From: Tolypothrix carrinoi HA7290-LM1
Lineage (GTDB): Bacteria > Cyanobacteriota > Cyanobacteriia > Cyanobacteriales > Nostocaceae
DNA: 59,194 bases
Assembly: GCA_019358935.1 (NCBI GenBank)
Contig: JAHHIK010000047.1
Span: forward strand, 1-59,194
Direction: 5' to 3'
Positions 8,681 through 18,654 of the stretch are shown in pieces (position 1 is the stretch's first letter; every line of letters starts with the position of its first letter). The notes beneath the pieces were generated by a model. It was not told the DNA's origin. It saw only the letters and a program-made list of their open reading frames with translations, and searched no databases. The translations under genes were made by a program, and so were the position numbers.

Positions 8681-10020
8681 TAAAGAATTGCTTGAATGGG
8701 TAGTCCAAATCCTAAATAATTACGAATCAAGAGAAATAAAACAAGTACTGCGATAAAAAAGGCAGTAGCTTGAATATCCTGAGTGAAGCTGGAAAATTTT
8801 TCTCTTGCTAACCCATACAAATTAACTAAATATAAAGGCATATCGCTGAGTGCAATCACGATAATAGCTCCGACGATGCCAAAATGAAAGAATGCAAAAG
8901 GTAGTCCCAGAAGAATCATCGCAAAACCAGCTAGATTACTTTGAGCCGAGTAAAATGGTTTGCCAATTGCCAACAAAGCAGGGCTGATAGTATGAAATAA
9001 CATCGAAAACCAAACACCGCAGCACAAAATCGGCATCATCCAAGTTGCTTCGCTATATCTTTTGTCATAAAGTGTGGCAATAACTAAATCACCAACAGTG
9101 ACTAAAGCAGCTAAGAAAACTGCAAATCCACCAAGTAGCAATCGACGTTGCCGGAGAATTTTAGCTCGCAAATTTGAGCGCGGTAAGTCAACATGGTTAG
9201 AAATTGTGGGAAAAATAACTCTATAACTAAGATGTTTGATAATTTCTTTGGGTACACATGCCAAAGTATAAGCAATTGTATATACCCCTAATATTTGAAA
9301 AGATAGTAGCTTACCAAGAATCAGGCGATCGGATTGATCGTTTAAAAACATTACCGCTGAAGCCATAAACATCCATCTACCGAAAGACAGAAGCTCTTTA
9401 AATGCATCTGGTTCCCAAGCAAAGCGGTTAGAATATCCTCGTATTAACCAAAAGCTTCCGACTGTTCTATATAATGCCCCAGCTAGTACTCCTAAAGCTA
9501 AAGCCAAGATGTTTCGAGTTAACCAAGTCCAAATAATAAATGTAGCCAGAGTTAAGATTTGTACGAGCAAATCAAACCGAGTTAACTTTCCTAAATCTAT
9601 GCGACGTTGAAGAGTATGTAAGCTAGTGGAAGCGAAGCCGTCAATGACTGAGGAAAATGCCATAATCGGAATTAACCAAATCAGGCGATCGTCATTATAG
9701 AACTTTGCAATTGGAAACGTAAGCAACAAGCAAAATAACCAAATTACGATGCCACGAATTGCTTGTAGTGTCCAAGCGGTATTCAGAAAAGCCGATTCAT
9801 CACCTTTTTTATTGTTGACAATACTTTGACCAATTCCCAGGTCTGAAAATAGTTCAATTCCCGCTCTTAATGTATTTACTAAAGCCATCAAACCAAAATA
9901 CTCTGGTATCAACAGCCGAGTCAAAATCAGGTTTCCGCCAAAACGCAAAATTTGACTAGTTCCGTAACCAGCAATTGTCCAAACTGCACCACGGATAGCA
10001 AGCTTTTTTACAGATGTCAT
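8680..10020 (-). CDS. Wzx-like polysaccharide flippase
   Basis: LILTRLLIPEYFGL, SDLGIG, SDRLILGKLL; many transmembrane segments. Confidence 0.88.
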   Translation of the reverse strand: MTSVKKLAIRGAVWTIAGYGTSQILRFGGNLILTRLLIPEYFGLMALVNTLRAGIELFSDLGIGQSIVNNKKGDESAFLNTAWTLQAIRGIVIWLFCLLLTFPIAKFYNDDRLIWLIPIMAFSSVIDGFASTSLHTLQRRIDLGKLTRFDLLVQILTLATFIIWTWLTRNILALALGVLAGALYRTVGSFWLIRGYSNRFAWEPDAFKELLSFGRWMFMASAVMFLNDQSDRLILGKLLSFQILGVYTIAYTLACVPKEIIKHLSYRVIFPTISNHVDLPRSNLRAKILRQRRLLLGGFAVFLAALVTVGDLVIATLYDKRYSEATWMMPILCCGVWFSMLFHTISPALLAIGKPFYSAQSNLAGFAMILLGLPFAFFHFGIVGAIIVIALSDMPLYLVNLYGLAREKFSSFTQDIQATAFFIAVLVLFLLIRNYLGFGLPIQAIL

Positions 10021-10666
10021 ACATTCCAAAGGAAAATTGGGTAAGCAAATAGATTATCAACGAGCTACTTTTTTAAGGACACAATATCCTCACAGTCATT
10101 AAATAATTTGGCAAGTTGTTATGAAGCTGAGTTGCTTTGAAGTATATAAAATAAGATTTTTTTATTTGAAAGCTATTCTGATAGGGTTTGAAAACACGCT
10201 ATCAAGCCGCTGTAAATCTTTGAGATGAGGGCTTCAGCCCTCACTACGAAACATAAGAGTATTTTTACTTTATCTTCAAACATTCAACACAATATCATAA
10301 TATTTGCTGAAAGTAAAATTACTTCCAGTATGTAAATTTACGATGTAGATATCTGATTTTTTTAAATCTTTGATAAAGATTAATCTGTGATTGACGATAA
10401 AATCACGAAGAAAAGTAGCAAAATTAAGACATCTAGCCGTCTGAAAAGTGAATTGGTGAGGCAGTAGCTTTAGTCAAGTAGAAGTGCTTAAATCTTAAAC
10501 GAGTATCTTTTTAATTAAACCCAAACCAATTTTTGAGTAGGGGGATATACTTTTTCGTTGGTAAGTTTGAGCAAGCAGTTATTTGCTTGCGTATTAATGA
10601 TGACATTAATCAAATTGGCATTACAAACCAGGGTAATTGCGTTCATAACATTCTGCACCTACACCG

Positions 10667-11788
10667 ATGAACTCAAAAATCTCATCGACAACTTCAGTTG
10701 CTAAACCTAAAGTCCATTTTTATTTCATTGATGCGCTACGGGGAATTGCTGCATTATGGGTGGTTTTTTATCATACCGATCCAGATGTGCGTCTTTTTGA
10801 ATTAAGCAAGTTATTGCCTAATTGGTTTACAGTGGTAGCGTTCAAATGGGGTAGTCTTGGTGTCAGCATATTCTTTGTCCTCAGTGGCTTTGTAATTGCA
10901 TATTCGCTACGTGAGGCAAAAATTGACTTTGGCTATTTTAAACGTTTTAGTCTGCGACGTTTAACTAGGTTAAGTCCACCTTATTATGTAGCAATTATCG
11001 TCGCTCTAGGCTTTGCGTTTATTTCCTCTTATGTCAAGCATGTAGCCTTTGCGCCGATGGGTGAATCTTTATCTTTTGAGAGGTTGCTGACACATTTATT
11101 TTATTTGCAAGGCATTTTTGGACACAAAAATATCGATGATGTTTACTGGACTTTGTGTTTAGAAGTGCAGTTTTATTTAGTCTTCTGTGCGTTGTTGGCG
11201 ATCGCTCAATGGCTAGATTTTTCCTGTAAATGGCGCTACGCTAAAGCAGCCGTGTTTGTCAGCGCTGCCACAGTCGCTGCTCTTTTTCCTCTAGGTGTAT
11301 TTCCCGATAATGGCAGACCAGTAATATTTTTACCTTTGTGGTACGCTTTTCTGCTGGGAGTGTTTGCTTATTGGTCATGGCGCGATAAGCTAAAGCCAAT
11401 CTTTTTTTACTTGTATGCGGGTTTAGTGCTAACCGCAGGAATCGTCAACTCATTAAATTTTGCGATCGCTTCTGCAATTACCGCCATCCTTATACTAGAA
11501 GCCGGTCGAGCAAATCGCATGGAATGGCTAAATTGGCGCTGGCTCCAATTCCTCGGTAAAATTTCTTACAGCCTTTATCTCACCCACGTTTATCTCTTGG
11601 GAATTGTCTTTTTCCTAGGATATAAAATACTTGGTCGTCATCTCTGGAGCGAAATTCTCTGCTTAGTACTGGGAATCGCCATCTGTATTGGCTTTGCCGC
11701 AATTATGTGGCAATTAGTAGAGAAACCATCGATTAAATTAAGCCAAAAGGTCAAGCTGGTAAAAAACACGGAGGCGATTCGTGTATGA
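10667..11788 (+). CDS. Acyltransferase_3 (OafA-like) O-acyltransferase
   Basis: IDALRGIAALWVVFYH, FFVLSGF, WTLCLEVQFY, LGKISYSLYLTH. Confidence 0.92.
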   Translation: MNSKISSTTSVAKPKVHFYFIDALRGIAALWVVFYHTDPDVRLFELSKLLPNWFTVVAFKWGSLGVSIFFVLSGFVIAYSLREAKIDFGYFKRFSLRRLTRLSPPYYVAIIVALGFAFISSYVKHVAFAPMGESLSFERLLTHLFYLQGIFGHKNIDDVYWTLCLEVQFYLVFCALLAIAQWLDFSCKWRYAKAAVFVSAATVAALFPLGVFPDNGRPVIFLPLWYAFLLGVFAYWSWRDKLKPIFFYLYAGLVLTAGIVNSLNFAIASAITAILILEAGRANRMEWLNWRWLQFLGKISYSLYLTHVYLLGIVFFLGYKILGRHLWSEILCLVLGIAICIGFAAIMWQLVEKPSIKLSQKVKLVKNTEAIRV

Positions 11789-12777
11789 AGTTATTAGTAA
11801 CTGGTGCATCCGGATTTTTAGGTCAGTATGTGGTAGTTGAAGCGCTGCGACAGGGATTTGAGGTACGGGCAGTAGTTAGACCAAGCAGTGATGAAAAACG
11901 CCTGTCTTGGTACAATCATCCACAGGTGGAGTTAGCCCGGATTGACTTACGGCAATCAAATATTGTCGATGCGTTGGATAATGTAAATGCGGTAATTCAC
12001 CTCGCAGCAACCAAACAAGGCAACTTTGAGACACAGTATAACAGTACTGTTGTCGGAACAGAGAACTTGCTCAAGGCGATGGTATCAGCGCAAGTGCAGC
12101 GATTAGTAGCAATTAGCAGCTTTTCTGTATTTGATTATTTGTACATTGCCTCAGGTGAAATCATCAGTGAAGATTCACCAATTGAGCGCGAACCAAAGCA
12201 GCGGGATATATACGCGCAAACCAAATTAATTCAAGAAAATCTCGTCCGTGATTTTTCAGATAAACATAATATAGATGTCACAATTATTCGACCGGGTGTA
12301 GTGTACGGGCGAGATAATTTGTGGAATGCTAGTCTTGGTGTGAAACTGAGCCAACAGCTGTGGATTCAAATCGGAAAAAATGCCCAAATTCCCTTGACTT
12401 ATGTAGAAAATTGTGCAGAAGCGATTGTAACGGCGGTAAATAGTCAAGAGGCAATTGGTAAAACATTAAATATCGTTGATGACGATTTGCCGACTCAAAA
12501 TATTTACTTTGAAAAATTGATCGAGTTGCAAAAGCGATCGCCCTTCACAATTAAGATCGATTGGACAATGATGCGCTGGCTAGCGCGTACAAGTTGGTTA
12601 TTTAACAAGTTACTAGCAGACAAAGTGAAGCTACCCGGTATTCTTATTCCCGCAAGATTACATGCTCGATTTAAACCGCTACGCTACAGCAACACTCGCG
12701 CTCAACAAGTGTTGAACTGGAAACCAAAATATTCCCTCGATGTAGCCCTAAAACGCAGTTGCAGTGATAGAGACTAG
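11785..12777 (+). CDS. NAD-dependent epimerase/dehydratase
   Basis: VTGASGFLG, YAQTK (YxxxK), RPGVVYG. Confidence 0.9.
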   Translation: MKLLVTGASGFLGQYVVVEALRQGFEVRAVVRPSSDEKRLSWYNHPQVELARIDLRQSNIVDALDNVNAVIHLAATKQGNFETQYNSTVVGTENLLKAMVSAQVQRLVAISSFSVFDYLYIASGEIISEDSPIEREPKQRDIYAQTKLIQENLVRDFSDKHNIDVTIIRPGVVYGRDNLWNASLGVKLSQQLWIQIGKNAQIPLTYVENCAEAIVTAVNSQEAIGKTLNIVDDDLPTQNIYFEKLIELQKRSPFTIKIDWTMMRWLARTSWLFNKLLADKVKLPGILIPARLHARFKPLRYSNTRAQQVLNWKPKYSLDVALKRSCSDRD

Positions 12778-12993
12778 GGACTGGGGACTGGGGACTAGGG
12801 GACAAGGAGGACAAGGGGACAAGGGAGACAAGGAGGACAAGGGGGCACTCTTGCATTCTTGAGTTTGTCTCCTCGTCTTCCTTGTCTCCACGCCAGTCGC
12901 TACAACGGAGGGAACCTCCGCAACGCGCTGGCTCCCCCTCTCCCTTGTCTCCCTTGTCTCCCCCTCCCCCCCTCTCCCCATTCCCCATTCCCA
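12772..12993. repeat. Composite inverted low-complexity repeat (GGGGACT, GGACAAGG, CCTTGTCT, CCCCATT) with an inserted hairpin element
   Basis: G-rich left arm and complementary C-rich right arm; element CGCCAGTCGC...GGAGGGAACCTCC...GCGCTGGCTC. Confidence 0.85.
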
Positions 12994-13001
12994 TATAAAT
13001 T

Positions 13002-14279
13002 ATGCGTATCGCCTACTTAACGGGAGAATATCCCAGAGCAACAGACACTTTTATTCAGCGTGAAGTAGCAGCCTTGCGGGATATGGGTGTAGAAGTACAC
13101 ACATTTTCCGTTCGCCGGACGGGGGATGAACACATGGTAGGACTAGAACAAAAGCGAGAACGCGATCGCACTTTCTACATCCTGCCCGTAAATGTGATTA
13201 ATTTGCTACTTGCACATCTAACTTTACTGGTGAGTTCCCCAAGCAGATATTTACGCGCAATTCAGTTAGCATGGTCTACACGGCAACCTGGATTGCGGGG
13301 AACGTTGTATCAATTATTCTACTTTCTCGAAGCCGGCATCCTTGCCAAAGAAATCAATCAACGGCAGATTCCGCATTTGCACAATCATTTTGCCGATTCT
13401 AGTTGTAGTGTAGCGATGCTGGCGGCTGAATTGGGGGGTTTTACTTTTAGCTTAACTTTGCACGGTCCATACATCTTTTTTGAGCCGTATCATTGGCGAA
13501 TCGACGAGAAAATCAAGCGATCGCTATTTGTTTCTTGTATCAGTCACTACTGCCGCAGTCAAGGAATGATATTTGCACCCCCAGAAAAATGGAAGCAAAT
13601 GCACATTATTCATTGTGGAATCGATCCAATTTTATTCGATGTCGTTTCTCACAACGAGTCAGGAAAAAACCTGCTGTATGTAGGAAGATTAGCCGTAGTG
13701 AAAGGTTTGCCGATATTACTTGAAAGCCTGAGTTTTTTAAAGCGATCGCATCCAGAGATTTTGCTCACAGTCGTTGGTGACGGTTCAGACCGAGTACACT
13801 TGGAACAATTAGCCGACCAATTAGGATTAAGTGCAAATGTAAAATTTGTTGGCTATCAGTCGCAAGCTGAAGTCCGCAGATATATGCAGCAAACAGATGT
13901 ATTCGTTATGTCCAGCTTTGCCGAAGGTGTACCAGTAGTACTGATGGAAGCGATGGCAGCAGGTGTACCCGTAGTAGCGACGCAGATTGCTGGAATTAGC
14001 GAGTTAGTAGAAGATGGTGTTAGCGGCTACTTGGTTCCGCCAGGAGATGCCTTTTATTTAGCTGAATGTTTAGAAAAGTTACTGGCAAATTCTCAATTGC
14101 GTGTAACTTTTGGTGTCGCAGGTCGAGCCAAGGTAGAGAAAGATTTTAATATCAATTATGAAGTCGCATGGCTGCATCGTGTCATGTCATCTGCCCTGCA
14201 AGGAAAAGTAGAATCTATTCGTCCGCATAACTCGGAAAAACTAGTTACAATCAGCGAAGAGCCGATTATCAATGCGTAG
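13002..14279 (+). CDS. GT4 glycosyltransferase (WcaL-like)
   Basis: VGRLAVVKG, SSFAEGVPVVLMEAMAAG. Confidence 0.92.
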   Translation: MRIAYLTGEYPRATDTFIQREVAALRDMGVEVHTFSVRRTGDEHMVGLEQKRERDRTFYILPVNVINLLLAHLTLLVSSPSRYLRAIQLAWSTRQPGLRGTLYQLFYFLEAGILAKEINQRQIPHLHNHFADSSCSVAMLAAELGGFTFSLTLHGPYIFFEPYHWRIDEKIKRSLFVSCISHYCRSQGMIFAPPEKWKQMHIIHCGIDPILFDVVSHNESGKNLLYVGRLAVVKGLPILLESLSFLKRSHPEILLTVVGDGSDRVHLEQLADQLGLSANVKFVGYQSQAEVRRYMQQTDVFVMSSFAEGVPVVLMEAMAAGVPVVATQIAGISELVEDGVSGYLVPPGDAFYLAECLEKLLANSQLRVTFGVAGRAKVEKDFNINYEVAWLHRVMSSALQGKVESIRPHNSEKLVTISEEPIINA

Positions 14280-14345
14280 ATTTGCTGAGAGATATGTTGT
14301 ATGATTGACTTTAAACCAGAATTTTAGATATCGAACCATTCATTC

Positions 14346-14891
14346 TCACCGAACTCTCCAACGTAATTTAGCCTCTTTTTTGACTTCATCAACAGATTTA
14401 TGGTAAGGAAAAGAGTAAACGTGCCTATTAGTGTAAACTTCTAGCAGATAGTAAACGCTTGAAGGAGCAAACTGAGCAGCACAAACTTCTTTCATGTTTT
14501 TCCGGTTGAATGCGATCGCCCTCAGAGTTAACATGGTAAAAATTCGGCTTGTGTTCTCGAATAATTGCTCTACACAAACAAACATGAGTGCAAGTACGGT
14601 ACTCATCTAGCAATTCAAAAAACATGTCAAACGCCTTATCATTGCCCCATTTAGTTTTATCTAACTCCAAGGCGTTGTTTTTGACATCCCATCCACTTTT
14701 CCTGTAATCCAGCGGCTAAATCCCCAAAAAGATGGACTACCTTCTTCAAAGCTGGAAAACGTAAGTGCATTTACAAATGTAATTAAATTACTAAATTGGC
14801 TACCTGTATTGTATTCCAAATACAAACTTGGGCGTTTCCGCAAGGAATCAAGCACATCGTATATATCCCTTATATCCTTGTAATCGCCCAT
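14346..14891 (-). pseudogene. Hypothetical gene split over three frames
   Basis: Overlapping ORFs 14661-14891, 14428-14670 and 14346-14606 read as one plausible protein with two frameshifts. Confidence 0.55.
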
Positions 14892-15184
14892 AATTCTAAT
14901 ATCGCACTCAAAGACTGCGGCACAAAAAGCCAATATAATTGTCAACTATGCTAGCTCTAGTCATGCTGCCGAGGTGATTTTTGATAACTTCCAACTCCAG
15001 AGCTGTCACGAATGGTATTTTAGCTATTATTTTGGCATAAGAGATACAGAACAATCATTGTTGGTTATTCGTCATTAGTAAACTACAAATGACAAAGCAC
15101 AAATTAACTAATCATGATTGCTGAAAGCTAATAGTAGAATAAGGTACAGACCTTCATCTGCGGATCGTAAGAGAGGAAGAGACA

Positions 15185-16027
15185 TTGGATGAACTGAGGA
15201 CGGCGCTAGAGTTAGCAACCGAAGAAGAATTGCAAGATTTAACCGCAATTCTGTTTGGTCGAAAATTTAATCCCATAGATTATGTTCACACACCAGAACC
15301 GATAGAAGTGCAAAGTAAAGACCACAAAGCTTGGCTAGATGCGCTCGAAGCACGCTTTCGCTTTTTGGCGGCAGATGGTATGACGGTATTAAGGGGACGC
15401 ACAAATCTGGTAACTTACCGAGAAGCTTTGATTCAAGTATGTAAGTATCTGAAAATTCGCTACTGTCATCAACTAGCAACCGTTGATTTAGAAGCCGAAG
15501 TTTTTTTGCATCTTTTAGGGCATGTGTGGAAAAAATTACCCGAAAAGGAAAAGCAAAAATTGACTGTGCAGGTGCAGCAGCAGCTTGCTAAATCTCAACC
15601 GAATCAACCGCTACCACTTTCATTACAGCGTGACCCATTGGGCTTGCTTTTCAAAGGTGGTAGCGCGATCGCACTCACCTCAATCGTACAACCAATGTTG
15701 CTCAAGCAAATCGCCCGTCAATTTGCGATGCACTTTGCCACCTATCAAATCGCCCAACAAGCAGCGGTTGAAGGTGGGGTAATCGCAACAACGCAGTTTC
15801 AAAACTATGTAGCTTTGCAGATGGCACAGCGGGGTATGGCTGTGAGTGCAGCTCGTTATACCGCAGTCAGAAGTGTATTTGCTATGTTAGGACCAGTCAT
15901 GTGGGGTTGGTTTTTTGCAGATTTAGGATGGAGAGCGATCGCCACCAACTACGGTAGAATCATACCCACCATCTTTGCCTTAGCTCAAATTCGCCTCACC
16001 CGCACCGAATGTTGGGAACCCGCTTGA
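15185..16027 (+). CDS. YaaW/UPF0174-family protein
   Basis: MDELRTALELAT..., YREALIQVCKYLK, ATNYGRIIP. Confidence 0.8.
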   Translation: MDELRTALELATEEELQDLTAILFGRKFNPIDYVHTPEPIEVQSKDHKAWLDALEARFRFLAADGMTVLRGRTNLVTYREALIQVCKYLKIRYCHQLATVDLEAEVFLHLLGHVWKKLPEKEKQKLTVQVQQQLAKSQPNQPLPLSLQRDPLGLLFKGGSAIALTSIVQPMLLKQIARQFAMHFATYQIAQQAAVEGGVIATTQFQNYVALQMAQRGMAVSAARYTAVRSVFAMLGPVMWGWFFADLGWRAIATNYGRIIPTIFALAQIRLTRTECWEPA

Positions 16028-17463
16028 AAACCGCTTTTCGCCATCCCAATCCTAATTTACAATTTCCTTGGAACTTGGCTCAACTCGGATTATTTATCTT
16101 TCCCTTGAGTCCGTTTTTAGGAGCCGTAACTCTAGGTTTGGCATCATTAAAAACTTGGTTGCGACAACACCGGACAATTATTCTGAGTCCCCTTAATTGG
16201 GGATTTGCCCTCCTCGGTGTATTGTTAATCATTAGCTCTGCCTTTGCTGAGAATAAAACAGAAGCTTTCCTTGGCTTGTTTAATTTCTTACCGTTCTTTT
16301 TATTTTTCGCCGGCTTTAGCGCTTTAATTCAAACACCCACCCAATTGCGCCAACTAACTTGGAATTTAGTCATATCTTCCATACCTGTGGTGATAATTGG
16401 CTTTGGGCAATTATTTTTGGGCTGGACTTCTAAATTAGAAATTTTGTGGATTGTCTTGGAAATAAACATCCTACCCCAAGGAGATCCACCAGGTCGCATG
16501 GCTTCAATTTTCATGCACGCTAACACCTTAGCTGCTTATCTGGTGATAGTTTTCATCCTGGGGTTAGGGTTGTGGTTAGAAAGCTATCAGCAGTTGAGAG
16601 GCAGGGGGCAGGGGGCAGGGGGCAGGGGGACAAGGGGACAGGGGGACAAGGGGGACAAGGGGGACAAGGACGACAAGGAGGACAAGGAGGACAAGGAGGA
16701 AATTTCTATATCTCCCTTGTCTTCCCCCTCTCCCTTGTCTTCCCCCTCTCCCTTGTCCCCCCCCTCTCCCCCTCTTTCCTTCCTCTTCCTCACTGCGGTA
16801 TTAATTGCCAACTTTGCAGCGTTGATTTTAACTAACTCGCGCAATGCTTGGGCGATCGCTATTGCTGCAAGTTTAGCTTATGCTGTTTACCAAGGTTGGC
16901 GGATTCTTATCGCTTTTGTTTCTGGTGTCGTCGCTAGCGTGATGTTAGCTGCTTTTGCTCCCGAAGCGATCGCAGTTATATTTCGCAAAGTCGTTCCTGC
17001 TTTCTTTTGGGCACGGTTAAACGACCAAATGTATCCCGATAGACCAACAGCCTTAATGCGAAAAACCCAATGGCAATTTGCTTGGTCTTTGGCTGAACAG
17101 CGTCCTTGGACTGGTTGGGGTTTACGCAATTTTACTGCTCTTTACAAAGCACATTCACAGATTCGCTTGGGTCATCCTCACAACTTGTTTTTGATGCTTT
17201 CCGCCGAAATAGGACTTCTGAGTACTCTATTATATTGTGGTTTACTCGGTTGGATTTTATTCACGGGTGTCCAAGTGTTGCGAAGGTCAAAAGATATCGA
17301 CCAAGAAGATAAATTGATACTTTTCAGTTACCTTCTTGTCTTGGTCGGGTGGGTGCTATTTAATACGGCAGACGTAACTTTATTTGATTTCCGCTTGAAT
17401 ACTCTAGCTTGGTTGCTGTTTTCTTGTGTTTGCGGAGTAGTCTATCGCTACAAAAATGTTTAA
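16009..17463 (+). CDS. O-antigen ligase / IctB-like membrane protein with an in-frame repeat insertion
   Basis: RMASIFMHANTLAAYL, LTNSRNAW, PWTGWG, HPHNLFL; low-complexity insert at about 16600-16775. Confidence 0.85.
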   Translation: MLGTRLKTAFRHPNPNLQFPWNLAQLGLFIFPLSPFLGAVTLGLASLKTWLRQHRTIILSPLNWGFALLGVLLIISSAFAENKTEAFLGLFNFLPFFLFFAGFSALIQTPTQLRQLTWNLVISSIPVVIIGFGQLFLGWTSKLEILWIVLEINILPQGDPPGRMASIFMHANTLAAYLVIVFILGLGLWLESYQQLRGRGQGAGGRGTRGQGDKGDKGDKDDKEDKEDKEEISISPLSSPSPLSSPSPLSPPSPPLSFLFLTAVLIANFAALILTNSRNAWAIAIAASLAYAVYQGWRILIAFVSGVVASVMLAAFAPEAIAVIFRKVVPAFFWARLNDQMYPDRPTALMRKTQWQFAWSLAEQRPWTGWGLRNFTALYKAHSQIRLGHPHNLFLMLSAEIGLLSTLLYCGLLGWILFTGVQVLRRSKDIDQEDKLILFSYLLVLVGWVLFNTADVTLFDFRLNTLAWLLFSCVCGVVYRYKNV

Positions 17464-17475
17464 AATTACTTCTTT

Positions 17476-17549
17476 CCCATTCCCCATTCCCCATTCCCCA
17501 TTCCCCATTCCCCATTCCCCATTCCCCATTCCCCATTCCCCATTCCCCC
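17476..17549. repeat. STRR tract (CCCCATT)n, about 10 copies
   Basis: Read directly. Confidence 0.95.
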
Positions 17550-17597
17550 TAAAATAGGTGTATCAACAAAAAAAAGACACCATTATAACCAACTGTT

Positions 17598-18119
17598 ATG
17601 TTCACAACAGCTGATTTTTTTCAATATACCCAATGGTCAGGAATTGCTACCTTGGTTTTGGCTGCGATCGCAATCCTGGGTTTTATTTTAAAATGGGGCA
17701 TCCGCTTTCGGCTGGTGGGTGCGACTGGCTTTATGCTGGTGATGACGGCTGGTTTGTTTACACTTTCGTTGGGACCTTTAAGCCGCACGGTGATTCCGGG
17801 TGCGCTGAAGTATTCTCTAGTTTATGACAATGGGTCTACACAAGCGGTGATTGCTATACCAGCAAGTATTACCCCTTCGGAATTAGAAGCTACTCTACGT
17901 CAAGCAGCCAGCAATCTATATTCTAACGGTCGCTTGGCTAGACGGGGAGATAACCAACTGACGATTCGATCGCGTACTATTATCCACCCAGAACCTGGGG
18001 TTTCTGTGCCACTATATTTGGGTGAGGTAAAGCGATCGCTTACTTCTCGTGAAGACTCAGAAATGGCGATTGAAATTTACAAGAGAAAATTCGCCCAACT
18101 GCCAAAACCAACCGCTTAA
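17598..18119 (+). CDS. ycf51: Ycf51 (DUF2518) family protein
   Basis: WGIRFRLVGATGFM, VYDNG, LEATLRQAASNL. Confidence 0.8.
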   Translation: MFTTADFFQYTQWSGIATLVLAAIAILGFILKWGIRFRLVGATGFMLVMTAGLFTLSLGPLSRTVIPGALKYSLVYDNGSTQAVIAIPASITPSELEATLRQAASNLYSNGRLARRGDNQLTIRSRTIIHPEPGVSVPLYLGEVKRSLTSREDSEMAIEIYKRKFAQLPKPTA

Positions 18120-18528
18120 TTGCCTAACTGAATGATTGCAAGATTACCGACTTATTCAATAAGTCGGTAATCTGACCAAAGATAAACCTTTAGTATATCT
18201 TTAAATATTTTATCCTGTTTTATTCTTCTTTTTATAGATAAGCTGAATTATTCGCTCTGGAGTTTATCTAAAGTTACTAAATGTATCGCTGTCAGAAATT
18301 GTATGCAGTACATAATGCCAAGGCTTTCTCTTCTGGTTCGTAAACAGCCTGGGTGTATTGCACTCAATTGATAACTACATTTCACTTACTTAACAAGTAT
18401 CTTCGTTCTTTGTAGAGATACTTGTATCTTTTTGCATCGATTCAACTACCTCACTGCTTTTTACTTTGCGGTATTTAATGCTGAAAATTTGCATGTTTTT
18501 CATTAAGAAAAACTCACATCAATCATAC

Positions 18529-18566
18529 GTAGGGTGCGTTACGCGCTTCGCACTAACGCACCCTAC
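18529..18566. repeat. GTAG-type REP-like palindrome GTAGGGTGCGTTA...TAACGCACCCTAC
   Basis: Perfect arms; relatives near 39751-39779 and 43370-43399. Confidence 0.85.
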
Positions 18567-18654
18567 AAATACTGAAAAATTAGGAGAAATTATTTTGAAT
18601 CTTTTCAACAGATAACTATATAACAGTGCCGAAAAAAATAGGGAGATTAAGTTA

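Noticed and set aside
12671..12994. ORFs over the composite repeat (likewise 16572-16844, 35751-36063, 51245-51684)
   Set aside because: Translations of repeat DNA with no sign of being real proteins.
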